The notes under the pieces were generated by a model that saw only the letters and a program-made list of their open reading frames with translations, did no database searches and was not told the DNA's origin. Below are positions 12,340 to 24,689 of a stretch of 59,222 bases of DNA, one piece after another. Both the position numbers and the translations under genes were made by a program. Source of the stretch: Rhizophagus irregularis (Eukaryota); the NCBI RefSeq assembly GCF_026210795.1, contig NC_089429.1, forward strand, positions 7,936,001-7,995,222, in the 5' to 3' direction. The first letter of the stretch is position 1, and every line of letters starts with the position of its first letter.

Positions 12340-13900
12340 AAACAGAAAAGTCTAGCGAATGATACCACGGTAAGTTATGAAGGAAATTTGAAGAGGTAAA
12401 ATAAATCCACATGACGGTAATGACAAGGGTGCGTCTATCATCGCTATACGGACATCGATACTGAGACGATTGTGTAGGTTGTCGTCGTGAGTGATCTTCG
12501 AGGGTGGCGAATTATGTGTTTGTCTACGTCGGTAGTTTTGGAAGGTCTTTTTAGATATGTTGTTGAAAATTTTCCATTCTTTAAATTTTGAGTTGCGTGT
12601 TTTCCAAATAGTGTTGTAGATTTCAACATGTAGATCATGAACGAATGATAATAATAAACGTTTGATACGCTCCTTTGATCTAATAGCCGCTTGAAAAGGT
12701 GCTAAAAGTCGTTTGGGGTATAATTAAGTAAAAAAATTAATAAATATTTGTTTAATAAATTTCTGACATCGGTTTTCGAGTCCAAGAAAATATAGCGCAA
12801 ATCTGATTGCGCCCTGCCAGAAAAGTTGTTGAATATAGGTATTAATGAAGTGATGGCTTCCGGCATTGCCATAGATGAAGATAAGACTCGTCTTCCATAT
12901 TACATAAGAAACACGTTTTTACACCATCTAAAGTAGGTAACATTAAAGTCGAAGTTTTCATCTTCCAACTTGTAATTTTACTCAGTTGACGAGATGTAGG
13001 TCGATCGAAAGGGTTGTAAGTCACAGGATTTAGTAAATTCCCAATTGACGATTTCATTGAATGAAAGGTCCTGAATCAAATCGTGAGATAAATGTCTTTC
13101 TAGGTTTCTATATTGTAAGGGTTTTTTGAGAGTGGAACGAATATTTCTATCAATAATATGTTCTTTGTTAAAAATAAGTGAACCTTATTGACGTTTGAGG
13201 TCTTTGTGATTAACGTCACTTATAAGATTACGAGATCCTTGCTTCGTTAACGCATCCGCTTGGTCATTGTAAAAATTATTAGAGTGCGCTTTGACTTTTG
13301 AAAGTGTCACTTGAAGCTGTAAGGTGTCAATAATTTGTTTGATGGACTGGCATAGATGGCAGTTATTCAATTTTTGTAAACGTCTATCAGTTAATCGAGG
13401 AGTATATAAATATAAAGCATTAAAGGTTTGAATAGTAGCTTGTGAATCTATATTACTGCGGAGTGGACAAATTAAAAGTAAATTGAAAATCGCGAACATT
13501 CTGCTCCAGATGAACTCGCCCAATTGGTTATCCGAGCATAGAAGCTCATAGCGATATCTGGTGGTGAAGATAAAAGCCAACCAAAGCCCATTAACGGTGC
13601 TAAATTGTCTGGAGGTCTGCATAATGATCCATCCGAGAAAAATTCTAAATGTTGGTTGTTTGCTAGAATTGTAGCTTTTTCAATAAAGTCATCATGTAAG
13701 GTAGCGGGTAATAATAATGATTTGATTGAGAGTGCGTTTTGTGGTACCGACGCTGCAGTTGATCTTAATGTAATAGGTTGTGTTGGTGCTCTGGAAATAT
13801 TATTGTCGTTTCCTTGAATATGATTAAGTTCTAATACGAAAATCATTGAACGCGGTAGTGCGATTTGTGATATGTGGTTCGTTCAATCGCCATGCTGTTA
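12340..13900 (-). mobile_element. Decayed non-LTR (LINE-like) retrotransposon: RNase H + zinc-binding (zf-RVT-like) + C-terminal region
   Basis: RNase H motifs EFFSDGSL..MGFGW, DSQA, KVKAHSNNFYNDQADAL; LPTLD..CFLCNMEDESYLHLWQC; terminal WIYFTSSNFLHNLPW. Split over several frames. Confidence 0.85.
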
Positions 13901-14671
13901 TTCTATTCGTATTTGATAAAAAGTTCGCTAGTTAAGCAAGAGTTCAATTGTGCATTAAAAAAGCGACGCTTGTACTCGAATTTGATGATCAAAATGTTGA
14001 GAATGTTAGGGTATATCGGACATGTAAGGTAGTAACAAAATCTATTAAGAGATGTCAAATGTCACGTGATTTCTAATCAATCTTACATGATCGACAACCA
14101 GACTACACTTTGAATAACGGAAATATTGTCCCAAAGCTATACATAACATATTATCCTCTTAATTAACCTCATGATGGAGGCAATTTTTTAAGAAAGGATT
14201 AATTATTATACATCGGATATAAATATAATGTGAAGGAATAAAAAGTATTAATGGATCTCCAAATATCGTGTTTCACAAATTTCTTAAGGCGTGATCTGAT
14301 GCCAACAAATTGATGATTAATAGTTTTTTTATCGTAATTCGTAATTATAATAATTTATTATAAAATAATTTGTTTGTTCTTAATAAATTTAATTTAATAT
14401 ATTAATCAACTGAATTATTTAAATTTAAGTAGATTTTCAGGAGTAAAAAATCATAGCAACAACGATAAGAAATGAAATTATCTTCAAAATTGTATATTGG
14501 AAGATTTTTCGAAAATTAATAATATATCAGCAATAGATCATGTGAAACGTGTAACGTTCATTGAATTTCATGTTTGTGTGACAGAATTTGCGCCATAAAT
14601 AGGAATAAGTCTTTCGGATTAAAAAAAAAATTTTTTTTACATCTCTTTTTCTTTCTTTTTTTTTACGAAAT

Positions 14672-16351
14672 ATGTCGCGAAATCAAGATATCACCAGTAC
14701 AGTAAATTTAACAGCCGACTGTATATATGAAATTATTCAGTATGTTATTCACGATATTAAAACTTTATATTCATGTGTCGTTTTAAATCAAGATTATTGT
14801 CAAGTCGTTGTACGTATACTTTGGAGAAACCCATTTAAATATATTAAACAAGATGAGACGAAAAAAGCTCTCATCTTTCGAACATATTTCTCCTGTCTTG
14901 ATGATCAAGAAAAAGAACAGATCACGGCATTCTTTCATAACTCTGTTATTGACTTTCCAAAACCTTTTATTAATTATCCAAGCTTTCTTCAAGAATTTGA
15001 AATATTAAATATACAAACATCAATGAGATCCTTTCTTTATCAATATCATTTTGCTTCAACTACAGAGAATCGAATTAATAGTGTTGTTCATATTCTTAAC
15101 CCTTTTATGGAAAAGTTATTTTTTAATATTCAAAGTAATTTTAAATACTTGAATGTTGATTTGAATGATGAAAAAAATCAAATAGATATGAGTTCATTTG
15201 ATGATAGAATTCTCGGTCATGTTTTATCAAATATCAACAAATTTACTTTTGGATTTGGTTTTAGATTTGATATAAAAATGAAGGAAATTTTAAAATTTAT
15301 TCAAAAGAATGCAACAAAACTTACTGAAATCATTTCTGATCATAATAATAACATAAACCATGTTCGATTAATATTTACAAAGAAAGAATTTAAACAACAA
15401 AAATTGAAAAAACTTAATCCCGAATTTAATGATTTATTGGATATTTTAAGTTCTTTCATTATTTCATTGGATAATTTGAAATCATTGGAAATGCCTTGTT
15501 TTATTAGGAATGATAAGAACTTTGTTAAAAAACATTCTCATTCTTTAACTCATTTAAAATTACATGAAATTCGTAATTTTAATATAATTATTAGTATATT
15601 GGATCATTGTTCAAATCTGGAAACAATTGAACTTGTTAGTTTTTATTGTAATAAAAATACTGATCTTTCAGAATTAAATAAACCTATTAATTCAAAATTT
15701 AATAATCTCAAGAATTTTCATATTACAATCTCCTATTTTCCTGTTCTCACTCTATTCAAAAGAATTATTTTAATGTCAAATAATGATCTTAAAACACTTT
15801 ATTATGATAAATATATTGTTCATTCTAATGCTAATAACTTTACGGAATTAATTTGGCCTTTTTGTACAAATATTACACATCTTTTCATTAGAATATTTCA
15901 AAATGATATTTATACTATCATTTCATTTTTGGAAAGTTTGGATCATCTTGTTTTATTAAAATTAGATTGGGATAATAATTATCTTAGGATTGATCAAATT
16001 GCTGATTTGGCTCATTCATTTTCTTCTTCTTTACAAATTTTGGAAATCTTGGAGATTGATTCATCTATGATTATTGAAATGTTGGGAGCTTTATTTCGTA
16101 ATATGCAATGTCAACTCAAGGAAATTGGTATTTGTATGGATTCTTTTATTAATGATGATATATTAGAAATAATCATAGCTTATGCTAGATGCAAAAATTC
16201 CTTAATAGTTTTTAGATACTTAAATACACCCCCATACTGTTATTATTATCCCCAACTTTCAAAACATATTTTAGAAGAAGCCAGAAGCTTATTTACGATT
16301 GATGATAATCCTGAACCTTTTAAAAGAAGTTTTATTGAACCAATCTTCTAA
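14672..16351 (+). CDS. F-box-like / RNI-like leucine-rich repeat protein
   Basis: 559-aa intronless ORF with F-box-like N terminus (LTADCIYEIIQY..DIKTLYSCVVLNQDYCQVVVRILWRNPF), KPFINYPSFLQ, and LRR-like repeats (LKSLE, LTHLKL, CSNLETIEL, CTNITHL). Confidence 0.88.
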   Translation: MSRNQDITSTVNLTADCIYEIIQYVIHDIKTLYSCVVLNQDYCQVVVRILWRNPFKYIKQDETKKALIFRTYFSCLDDQEKEQITAFFHNSVIDFPKPFINYPSFLQEFEILNIQTSMRSFLYQYHFASTTENRINSVVHILNPFMEKLFFNIQSNFKYLNVDLNDEKNQIDMSSFDDRILGHVLSNINKFTFGFGFRFDIKMKEILKFIQKNATKLTEIISDHNNNINHVRLIFTKKEFKQQKLKKLNPEFNDLLDILSSFIISLDNLKSLEMPCFIRNDKNFVKKHSHSLTHLKLHEIRNFNIIISILDHCSNLETIELVSFYCNKNTDLSELNKPINSKFNNLKNFHITISYFPVLTLFKRIILMSNNDLKTLYYDKYIVHSNANNFTELIWPFCTNITHLFIRIFQNDIYTIISFLESLDHLVLLKLDWDNNYLRIDQIADLAHSFSSSLQILEILEIDSSMIIEMLGALFRNMQCQLKEIGICMDSFINDDILEIIIAYARCKNSLIVFRYLNTPPYCYYYPQLSKHILEEARSLFTIDDNPEPFKRSFIEPIF

Positions 16352-16440
16352 ATTTTGATGAATTTGTCATATTAGTGTGTATTGTCTTTATATATGGCAG
16401 ATTATCTTTTATTTGCAATGATGATATGAATATTTTAGAG

Positions 16441-16683
16441 TAGGGAACACATTGAAATCTATTGAAAATAGTGGTAACCATGTCCTCAATTTACGGTCTC
16501 TTATTATCTTTCTATTATGTTATGTATTAAATTGATAAAATTTTATACACTTTTTGCTAGGGAATACATTGAAATCTATTGAAAATAATGGTGAAAATAA
16601 AATTATATGGTTACCATTTACAGTGTCTTATTATTTTTCCATTATGTTATGTATTAAATTGATAAAATTTTATATACCTTTGC
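16441..16683. repeat. Tandem duplication (~120 bp) downstream of the F-box gene
   Basis: TAGGGAA(C/T)ACATTGAAATCTATTGAAAATA..ATTATGTTATGTATTAAATTGATAAAATTTTATA occurs twice. Confidence 0.8.
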
Positions 16684-17189
16684 TTATATCGATAATACAA
16701 TAAATACTAATAGATAATTTTGGCTAAACTGATAAATTATTAAATTATTATAATATATAATTCATTTAATTGCTATAATTCGATAAACAATTGAATTTTA
16801 CCCAAATCCCAAATCCTAAACTATTGCCCAAATCCCAAATTGTTGCCGAAATTCCAAATCGTTGCCGAAATCCCAAAGGTCAATTTGTGTCACGTGACGT
16901 TATAAACTTCCATAAAAATGGACCCAAGTTTAAATTTTTAGAACTGATTTTCACCCGTCGACCTAATTTTGTGAAAATTTACGGAAAAAATTTTAGTAAT
17001 ATTAAATTTTTAAATAAAAATACCGACCGCCAGCCCAAAATTTTGAATCCATGAAACGAGAACCAATTTTTAACAATGTGTCGCCTAAACTAATTTTAAT
17101 AATAAATTTAAAATTGCTAAACTGAGCCTTTTTGCTGCATAATAAAACTCGGTATCCGGACTTTTTTATAAATTTACCTCGTTATTTGT

Positions 17190-17490
17190 TTTTTCGTGAA
17201 TAAATGTTTTCAAAGAAAATAGAGTTATTTATTTATTGCTTAATTATTAATATCAGTTACTCATTGAATGTTGAAGTAGTAATATCCTGGAAAAAAAAAT
17301 AATTTAATTTAATTTTTATTTTCATTGCGTGATGAATATTTTTTATAAAAATGTTAATCGCTACCATTTGTCCATTTGACGAAATGGACGATTCGGTGAA
17401 ATGGATTCGATAAAATACACTTTCTGCGAAACGTCCTTTCGGTGAAACGTCCCTTCGGCGGCGAAATGGTTTCGGCGAAATGAGATTCTT
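17190..17490 (+). mobile_element. Dispersed repeat homologous (inverted) to 37095-37460, with TTCGGCGAAA minisatellite
   Basis: Shared blocks TAATATCAGTTAC, AATATC(C/A)TGGAAAAAAA, TTCATTGCGTG and AAATGGATTCGAT. Confidence 0.6.
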
Positions 17491-18979
17491 ACTATTTTTT
17501 AATCATCGTGAATCGGAATATTTGGTAATAGTATTAGAAATTTACACGGGGTATATTACAACCATAAAAGACCCTAGAAATTTTGGATAATATTACTTAT
17601 TGAACTGGAAGCATTCTCTCAGTAGAAAAAATCCTAGATTTTTTAAATTTGATCGAGTAAATCAATTGGTTACAATATGAATGAGGATACCTCATTTTTT
17701 GAAGGTTCAAAAAAAATTTTTTCTCTTAGAGAATTGTTGTACCCACAATCATTATTTTATATTTTGACTTTTTTTTTTTAGAAAAAAGCGAACTATTATA
17801 TGAGAAAACAAAAGATAAAATAAGAGAGTTAATATTTAAATCTTGGCTGTTATAATGTAATATCAGCTGAATTGAACATAAAAGAACCTTTCCTAAAAAA
17901 GAATCAATTCGATAACGAATCCCATCTGTAATTATCTAAAGACAATTTTTAATATGTTGCCTCTTTCGCAAAACTTTTTTTTACCTCACATTCGGTGATA
18001 TTTAACGTATTTAATTGGACGTGTTGGAAAATCCGAGTTCGTTATATCGAGGGTTGACCGTATCAACGTAACACTTGAATCAACCATTGATCAAAACTCT
18101 AGGTTTATCTTTTGTGACTTTTTACTGGAATTTGATAGAAATCAGCTTTAGAATAAGGATCATCAGTTCATATACGCTCCGAGTTGCCATATCCCCAAAA
18201 CTTTGATTTCCTTCTGTAAGTAAAATCATCGAATCTGCACTTTTTTTTTTGAAAGGATTTTTTATTATTTAATAAATTTTGTTCTTAATATTTATAAATG
18301 GATTGAATGATGTATTTTCAATAGGAAGTTTCGAGACGTTTAGGGTTAATGTTCAAATAGTTTTACATCATACTGTATATTATCATCACAACGAATCCTC
18401 ACGATTACGGATTACGGGAATTATATTATTAAATATCTGGATTAAGACCGTTTTATATCGTGTTCTTTGGTATAATATAGTTAATCAATTATTGTACTGT
18501 AAGTGAGATGCAAAAAAATTTCATATTTGTAGATTTCATATTACGAACCAAGAGAATTTCTTGCTTATATAGTACTGCAACTTCTTTATCAACAGATCTA
18601 AGTTCGTAATTTTTGTATTATTATGAATTTCGAGTAGGAAATGCAATGTTAAAAATAATTTGCAAATATAAAAATAATATTGTAATAACTGTAATAACGA
18701 TATAACTTGTAGTATATTTTTTAACTATTTAACACCTTTTATTTAAGGCGTTCCACGGCAATAAGCTCTATTGCTAAAAGTTTCACTTTCTGACTTCCAT
18801 ATTATAACAAGAATCCATTACATAATTTACATTCTTCATTTAATCGATTCTCCGAATGTATTTTAAATATTACGTTTGTGTGAAGAAATTACTTGAACAT
18901 CAACTTGACCAACTCCTGATGAGATACGTAGCGTAGCACGAATACATTGTATCACAGTATTTAAGAAATGTGTCACATA

Positions 18980-19192
18980 TAGTGTTTCGATCCGGATAAA
19001 ACCTCAAATATTTTAACGTGGGATTATAATTAAAAAAGGTTACAAATTTCGGCTTTGAGTGGACTATAATTTCGGCCAGAATTAAAATAATATTATTTCA
19101 TAAATTTTATTAATTTTGGTGGTCCCAGCCTAAATTAACCGAGCCGGTATCCGGATAAAAACCGGATAAAACCGCTACGGATCGAAACTCTA
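18980..19192. mobile_element. hAT-type MITE
   Basis: TIR TAG(T/A)GTTTCGATCCG; perfect 8-bp TSD GTCACATA at 18972-18979 and 19193-19200. Confidence 0.9.
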
Positions 19193-19227
19193 GTCACATA
19201 TTTCGAAACGCGCTGGTCTGAAATCTG

Positions 19228-19590
19228 TGCCAGGCTAGTGTCGATCACTTCTATAATAGGAAGGGGTGATATTTACGCGTCACTTGATCACGTGCAGCCA
19301 CGAGTTCAAAAACACTAAGTACAGTTCACCCTCGCTATAGTGAATTTTTATATAGTGAATAATTTGCTATAGTAAAGAAAAGCTCAGGTACGGATTTTCT
19401 ATATAAATAATAATTCTTAATACAGTTCACCTTCGCTATAGTGAATCCCTTACTATAGTGAATCTTAACCTTCAGCCTATGAGCTTCACTATAGCGAGGG
19501 TGAACTGTATCTGAGGGACAGAGAATTTTTTTCGTGCCAAAAATTTATTTGTCACCGTTATTTGTCACCGTGATCGACACTAACCTGGCA
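19228..19590. mobile_element. Non-autonomous TIR element hosting a pogo/Tc1-type MITE
   Basis: TIR TGCCAGG(C/T)TAGTGTCGATCAC at both ends; no clear TSD. Confidence 0.7.
19322..19507. mobile_element. Tc1/pogo-type MITE with duplicated left end
   Basis: TA|CAGTTCACCCTCGCTATAGTGAA ... TTCACTATAGCGAGGGTGAACTG|TA; a second left-TIR copy starts at 19423. Confidence 0.85.
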
Positions 19591-19769
19591 GACGTGCTCG
19601 AAACGCCACACAACCATTTCTATTTAAACCCTGGATTTTTTTTTTTTAAAAAAAAAAAAATTAAAATTCCCTATTCACGTCAAAAAAATTTTCATTTATC
19701 TTATTTAATACCTTGTCCTAACCTCCATAAATTAGAATTCTCCCAAATAACTTAAACCATTAAATAATG

Positions 19770-20150
19770 AAAAGAGAACTTTCAAATCATCTTATGATGA
19801 AATGGAAAACCAATACCCATTATTAAGCGAAAAAAAGCTACCACATTAAAACAAATTATATTAACACCATTTGTTACATTTATTGATCCTACATTTCTTA
19901 CAAGTTTAACATTTGAAACTAATTAATGATAGTGATGAATTTTATTATGAGAGTGTAGACTGGGGACAATTGAGAATTTCCAGATCTCCAATATCTTGAA
20001 ACTACATTCTAACCAAGTAGTATTGAATGATGGGAACCCATTTACTTGAATCTCAAAGATTATCCGATCGAAAGTGGACAACTATTTAAAATGATATCTA
20101 AACATTATCCAAAGATAAAGAGGTTAACTACGGACGTTAATGCTTAATGC
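19770..20150 (+). pseudogene. Degraded F-box/LRR-family gene fragment
   Basis: Shares GAAAA(C/T)CAATACCCATTATTAAGC..CACATTAAAA with the LRR-like fragment at ~22240-22290; no open frame. Confidence 0.4.
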
Positions 20151-20369
20151 ATAAATAAATAAAGACAGAGAAAGAAAAATTAAGGAATTAACCAAGAATT
20201 TTGATAATCAAGCAGGTAAAAAGTTTAATAAATAATTATTAAAAAAAAAAGTTAATCATATTTTATATACTCGCACAGATATTTATTATTCTTATTTTTA
20301 GGATTTAATATATACTATCTTCGCATAATATGTTACGGTTATATTCATGCATTTTAGTTAAAAGTGTCT

Positions 20370-22575
20370 GGTGGTACCTATGCTGTGGAAATATCTTTCT
20401 CACGCCTACAAAATCCTATCATCTACTCAAAAACTTTACACGTTTTTTACCTTTTGCTCAAAAATAGTGTTAGATTATCTCCAAGTGCGAGGAGCGGGAT
20501 GAATACAGTGATATTAATGTTATTTTTATTAGAATATTAAATATTCCTTATATTTATTTCTAATGTAGAAACATTTTATATGGATTAACTCACGGCTTGA
20601 GTTTAAGGGAGATTATGAGAGACTGATGGTTAAACATGACGTGAAAATTCAGTAGGTCAAGTCTAAACACGCTATGGGAATACTTACGGTATTCGGACAA
20701 GGATCCGAAGAACAATAAAAAATCCCTAATCCCAGCACTTAAATATGAAATATTGGATGTTATGCTCAAACGGAGTTGGATCACGGTCTAACGTGGCTCG
20801 GAATAACTGTAACATATATTCCAGAATCGAAATATATTTATCATATTTGACCGCATCAAAATGGTGGATTTGGAGGTCTAGGAAGAACAGCGTAGGTTTA
20901 ATTTATATTGATATAATTATATCACGAAATTTCTGAATACTAAACTTTTTTTAATGTACGCAGCAACCACGCTATCGTTATGGAAAAATTAAAGAGCAGT
21001 GGAAAGGACTATGATCTTCGTCCATTTATCGTTCAAATTAGAGATTTAGAGACGCAATTACGAGATATCGGTTCTATAACGCTACTGATAATCGATTGAT
21101 GATTTTGACCATATGAGAATTCCACGCTTTAATATGCTTTTACAAATTAAAAAAAGCTACAAGCGAATACATAAATCTGCCGAATAACAAATTATCTTAT
21201 GGTGCCATGGTATTCGTTCGTGCCATGATTGTCACAAATGTTCGAATTTCACTTGCACGTACTGCAACGATTGCAGCGGCCGTATGAAGACAATTTGTTG
21301 ATAATGATCAACCAAAAAATCGAAAGACTGGTGAGTTAAAAATACATATAATTTTAAATTAGTTTTCTTTGGTTTTTATTAATGTGTAATTTCTATAATT
21401 TAGACGTATAGTAGAAACTTCAGTGCTTAATTATACAATGCAACAATATCGATTATTCCCAATAATCGCCCAAGCTTATACCACACAGTAAAAGCCATGA
21501 TTGATTTGTATATGAAATACCTTAAACGGAGTTCCGAAAGTGATTTTTCTCTGTTAGCAGACTTACATCAGGATTAACATCCTTAACTACCATGATGGCA
21601 GTAGATTCAATTGAAGATTGTAGAAAGACATGTGGCGGCCATGATTATTCAAATTTTAGCGGGTTCGTTATATTTTAATAAAATTATTTACCAAATGCAA
21701 CTTGCACATCAAACTGCTCGTTATGTAAGTAAAAAAATTTAGTAATTTTCTCTTTTTTTTTCAATTTTCTTTTTTGACAATTTTTTTATTATTTAGCTTC
21801 TAAAAACCATTTGTGAAGTGATGTCAAGTAAAATCCAAAAATTTATGCCTCTCAATCAACCGATTGAATCAGTAAACCTTTTTATTAAAAATAATATTAT
21901 ATTATCTTCATATAAGTTACCAAGAAAACCAACATTTGTATTCGTGAATTATTTACTCGTTTCGCGCCAAGTTGGATTAAAGATATGGTACGACTTTTAA
22001 TAAAGGAAGAAATTATGGATTTTTTGTACAAAAAAAATTTTGAAATTAGAAGTTATCTTTTTTATTTGGATACTGATAAATATCCGAGTGAGGAATCATT
22101 TTTTCAAACCTAATTTCTCTTGAAATTAGTTTAAATATTACTCGACTTGCCACTATTTGTTAAAATATAAAAACTTTAAAAGTAAATTATTTTAATGAAG
22201 ATTCTGAAGGTTTAGTTTCAGCTGTCTTTTTATATTTTGATGATAATGAAGAAAATCAATACCCATTATTAAGCAATGCACATTAAAAAGAATTGTCAGC
22301 TCACCTAGTTACGATCAAATCGATAATCACAAAAGAAATCATGGAATAATTCAATATCTTTACCATCTTTTAGTAAAAATTTTATAACAGACCAAATGTG
22401 GTTGATACAGTGTTGATACATTTACATGTCAGAATTTATGTCAGCGCTAAACAGAAAAATTATGACGCTTTGGCAGTGACCCGACCACTTTGATGGCAAA
22501 GTATACGAAACGATGATTGATTGGGCTTCTAAAGAGCCCTTGAATGGAATTACTTTGAATGTTAATCCTAATAGA
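20370..22575 (+). pseudogene. Peroxisomal acyl-CoA oxidase pseudogene (POX1/ACOX-like)
   Basis: Frame-broken but collinear motifs: QGSEEQ, GCYAQTELDHG, LTASKWWI/GGLGRTA, NHAIVM, PFIVQIRDLET, DHMRIPRFNML, KLSYGAMVFVRAMIV, ETSVLNYTMQQYRLFPIIAQAY, DFSLLADLH, IEDCRKTCGGHDYS, QTARY, DGKVYETMIDWASKEPLN. GT-AG introns are retained. Confidence 0.9.
21920..22295 (+). pseudogene. F-box/LRR-family fragment embedded in the acyl-CoA oxidase pseudogene
   Basis: Peptides RKPTF..VNYL, LATIC*NIKTLKV and NEDSEGLVS resemble the F-box/LRR family (compare KPFINYPSFL at 14672 and NPGIIRLI at 35321). Confidence 0.5.
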
Positions 22576-23258
22576 ATTAGAAATGAAACTTTAAAAAAGA
22601 AAATTAATATTAAATATAAATTAATTGGTAATTTAGCATAATTTTATTTAGAATATAATTTCTTATAAAAATTCCTTAAACAATATTTTAATTTAATGTG
22701 TTGATAAATTTATGATGTAGTATTGATCTGTTTGACTGTTTGATGCTTTAAGTTTTTATATTTTATAGTTTTACGCGCTCGTTTAAAAAAATTAAGAATG
22801 TCGAGATTGTAACTGGCTTAAGAACTCATTGTTGTGGCGTTGAAGCCTCATCATTACCCGATCAAAATTTTTTTTTATTAAATATAATTAGAGATGTGCC
22901 ACTTAGTGTTATATAACATATATAACATATATATATAACTAAAAAAAATACATATAATATGAATAAAAATTTTTTTGATCAATCAATTACCAGGCTGTAT
23001 ATTCTGAAGTCACAAAAATTTTCATCCCTTATCTGTCACTGGTCACGTGAAGTGAGATTAATGATATATATAACATAAATAACATAAATAACATATATAA
23101 CATGTTATGTTTGTTATATTTGTTGTTTTTAATGTTATAAATATTATATAGCAAAAATGGTATATTTTTAATATAGAATAATAAAAGTATATATTGTATT
23201 TATAAAAATTTTTATTCATATTGTATGTATTTTTTTAATTATATATATGTGTTATATA

Positions 23259-24542
23259 CAGTGGTGTGCAAAAAAAATGACAATTTTTTTTGAGTAATGA
23301 TCAGCAGGCATAACTTATCCGATTTTAGTCGTATCTACACAAATAAATATGCGTATGAAAGCCCCGTGATTACTATATTTTTTAACGAAAAATTTTTTCC
23401 CATATATAATAAAATTGTATTTTATTAACCGTATAAAATGCCACTATCTAAGCAAGAAACTCAAAGACAAACGATATTACAATTCTGGAGGCAAGGAATA
23501 CGTACTGCCGCCAAAATTCATTCTTTGACAAAGATACCACTTAGGACAATATATAGGAACCTTAAAAAAATCAAAAAAACCGGAGATGTGAAACATAGAG
23601 GTGGCAATGGACGTATTAGTAAAATAACGCAAAAGGCTGCTCGTGAAATTGGACAATATATTCGAAGAAAACCCACAATTACCGCCAAGTTCATTGCTGC
23701 CAAATTGGAAGATGTTGGTGTTAACGTCTCTCGCTCAACAGTTTCAAGGTATTTGACCAGTCACGGATACAAAAATGCACTCCCCCTTGCTACACCAATG
23801 CTTACTCCAGCCCATAAGCATAAACGTATTGAATGGGCACAAAATCACATGAATGATGACTGGCAAAATACTTTATTTAGTGATGAGACAGCTTTCCAGC
23901 TATTCCGCAACACAGTAAGACATTGGTATAAAAAACAACGGCCAATTCGTCCCATACCAAAAGACCGAAGTAAAATTTTTGCATGGGGTGGTTTTTGCAT
24001 AAGAGGTAAAACAAGTCTTTTTTGTTTTAGGGGTATAATGGATGGAAAATTTTACACAAAAATATTAGAAAGACAAATTCCAGAGGTGTACAGTATGTTA
24101 GGAGATAGTTGGCAGCTGCAACAAGATAATGATCCTAAACATACTAGTCGGGTTGCTAAGGAATTTCTCAAAAATAATGTCCCAGAGGTTATGGACTGGC
24201 CATCCAATAGTCCAGATCTAAACCCCATAGAAAACCTTTGGGCAATTGTTAAGAGAAATACAGAGTTGCGTAGACCAAAAAATCTTAATGAATTAGATGT
24301 TTTTTTGCATGAAGAATGGGTAAAAATTCCAAATAACCTCCTAATTAATCTTGTAAATTCAATGCCGCAACGTTGTAGGGAGGTTATTGACAGAAATGGT
24401 GAACGAATACCATATTAATTTTTTTTAATAAAGTCTACTATGTTTTAGCTTTAAAATAATACTACTTTTTATTTTTTGATTGGTTTATTGGTTAAAAAAT
24501 TAACGTGACTTGAAAAATTGTCATTTTTTTTGCACATCACTG
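23259..24542 (+). mobile_element. Full-length Tc1/mariner transposon
   Basis: ~30-bp TIRs CAGTG(G/A)TGTGCAAAAAAAATGACAATTTTT with one mismatch; TA TSD at 23257-58 and 24543-44. Confidence 0.96.
23438..24418 (+). CDS. Tc1-family DD34E transposase
   Basis: 326-aa open frame with N-terminal HTH region and catalytic FSDET / QQDNDPKH / WPSNSPDLNPIENLW; 34 residues between the second D and the E. Confidence 0.95.
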   Translation: MPLSKQETQRQTILQFWRQGIRTAAKIHSLTKIPLRTIYRNLKKIKKTGDVKHRGGNGRISKITQKAAREIGQYIRRKPTITAKFIAAKLEDVGVNVSRSTVSRYLTSHGYKNALPLATPMLTPAHKHKRIEWAQNHMNDDWQNTLFSDETAFQLFRNTVRHWYKKQRPIRPIPKDRSKIFAWGGFCIRGKTSLFCFRGIMDGKFYTKILERQIPEVYSMLGDSWQLQQDNDPKHTSRVAKEFLKNNVPEVMDWPSNSPDLNPIENLWAIVKRNTELRRPKNLNELDVFLHEEWVKIPNNLLINLVNSMPQRCREVIDRNGERIPY

Positions 24543-24689
24543 TATGTTATATAACACTAAGTGGCACATCTCTAAATATAATGGATATATATTAAGTATA
24601 TGTATTTATTTATTAAGCAAAATTTCAAAAGCAAGCGGATTTAATTGTAATTTTTCAATGAAATAAAACTAGAGTTATATAATACACTA

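Larger units (their letters stand above)
22889..24574. mobile_element. hAT-type MITE with long inverted arms, interrupted by a Tc1 element
   Basis: TIR TAGAGATGTGCCACTTAGTGTTATATAACATA is perfect at both ends; 8-bp TSD AATATAAT at 22881-22888 and 24575-24582. Confidence 0.92.
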
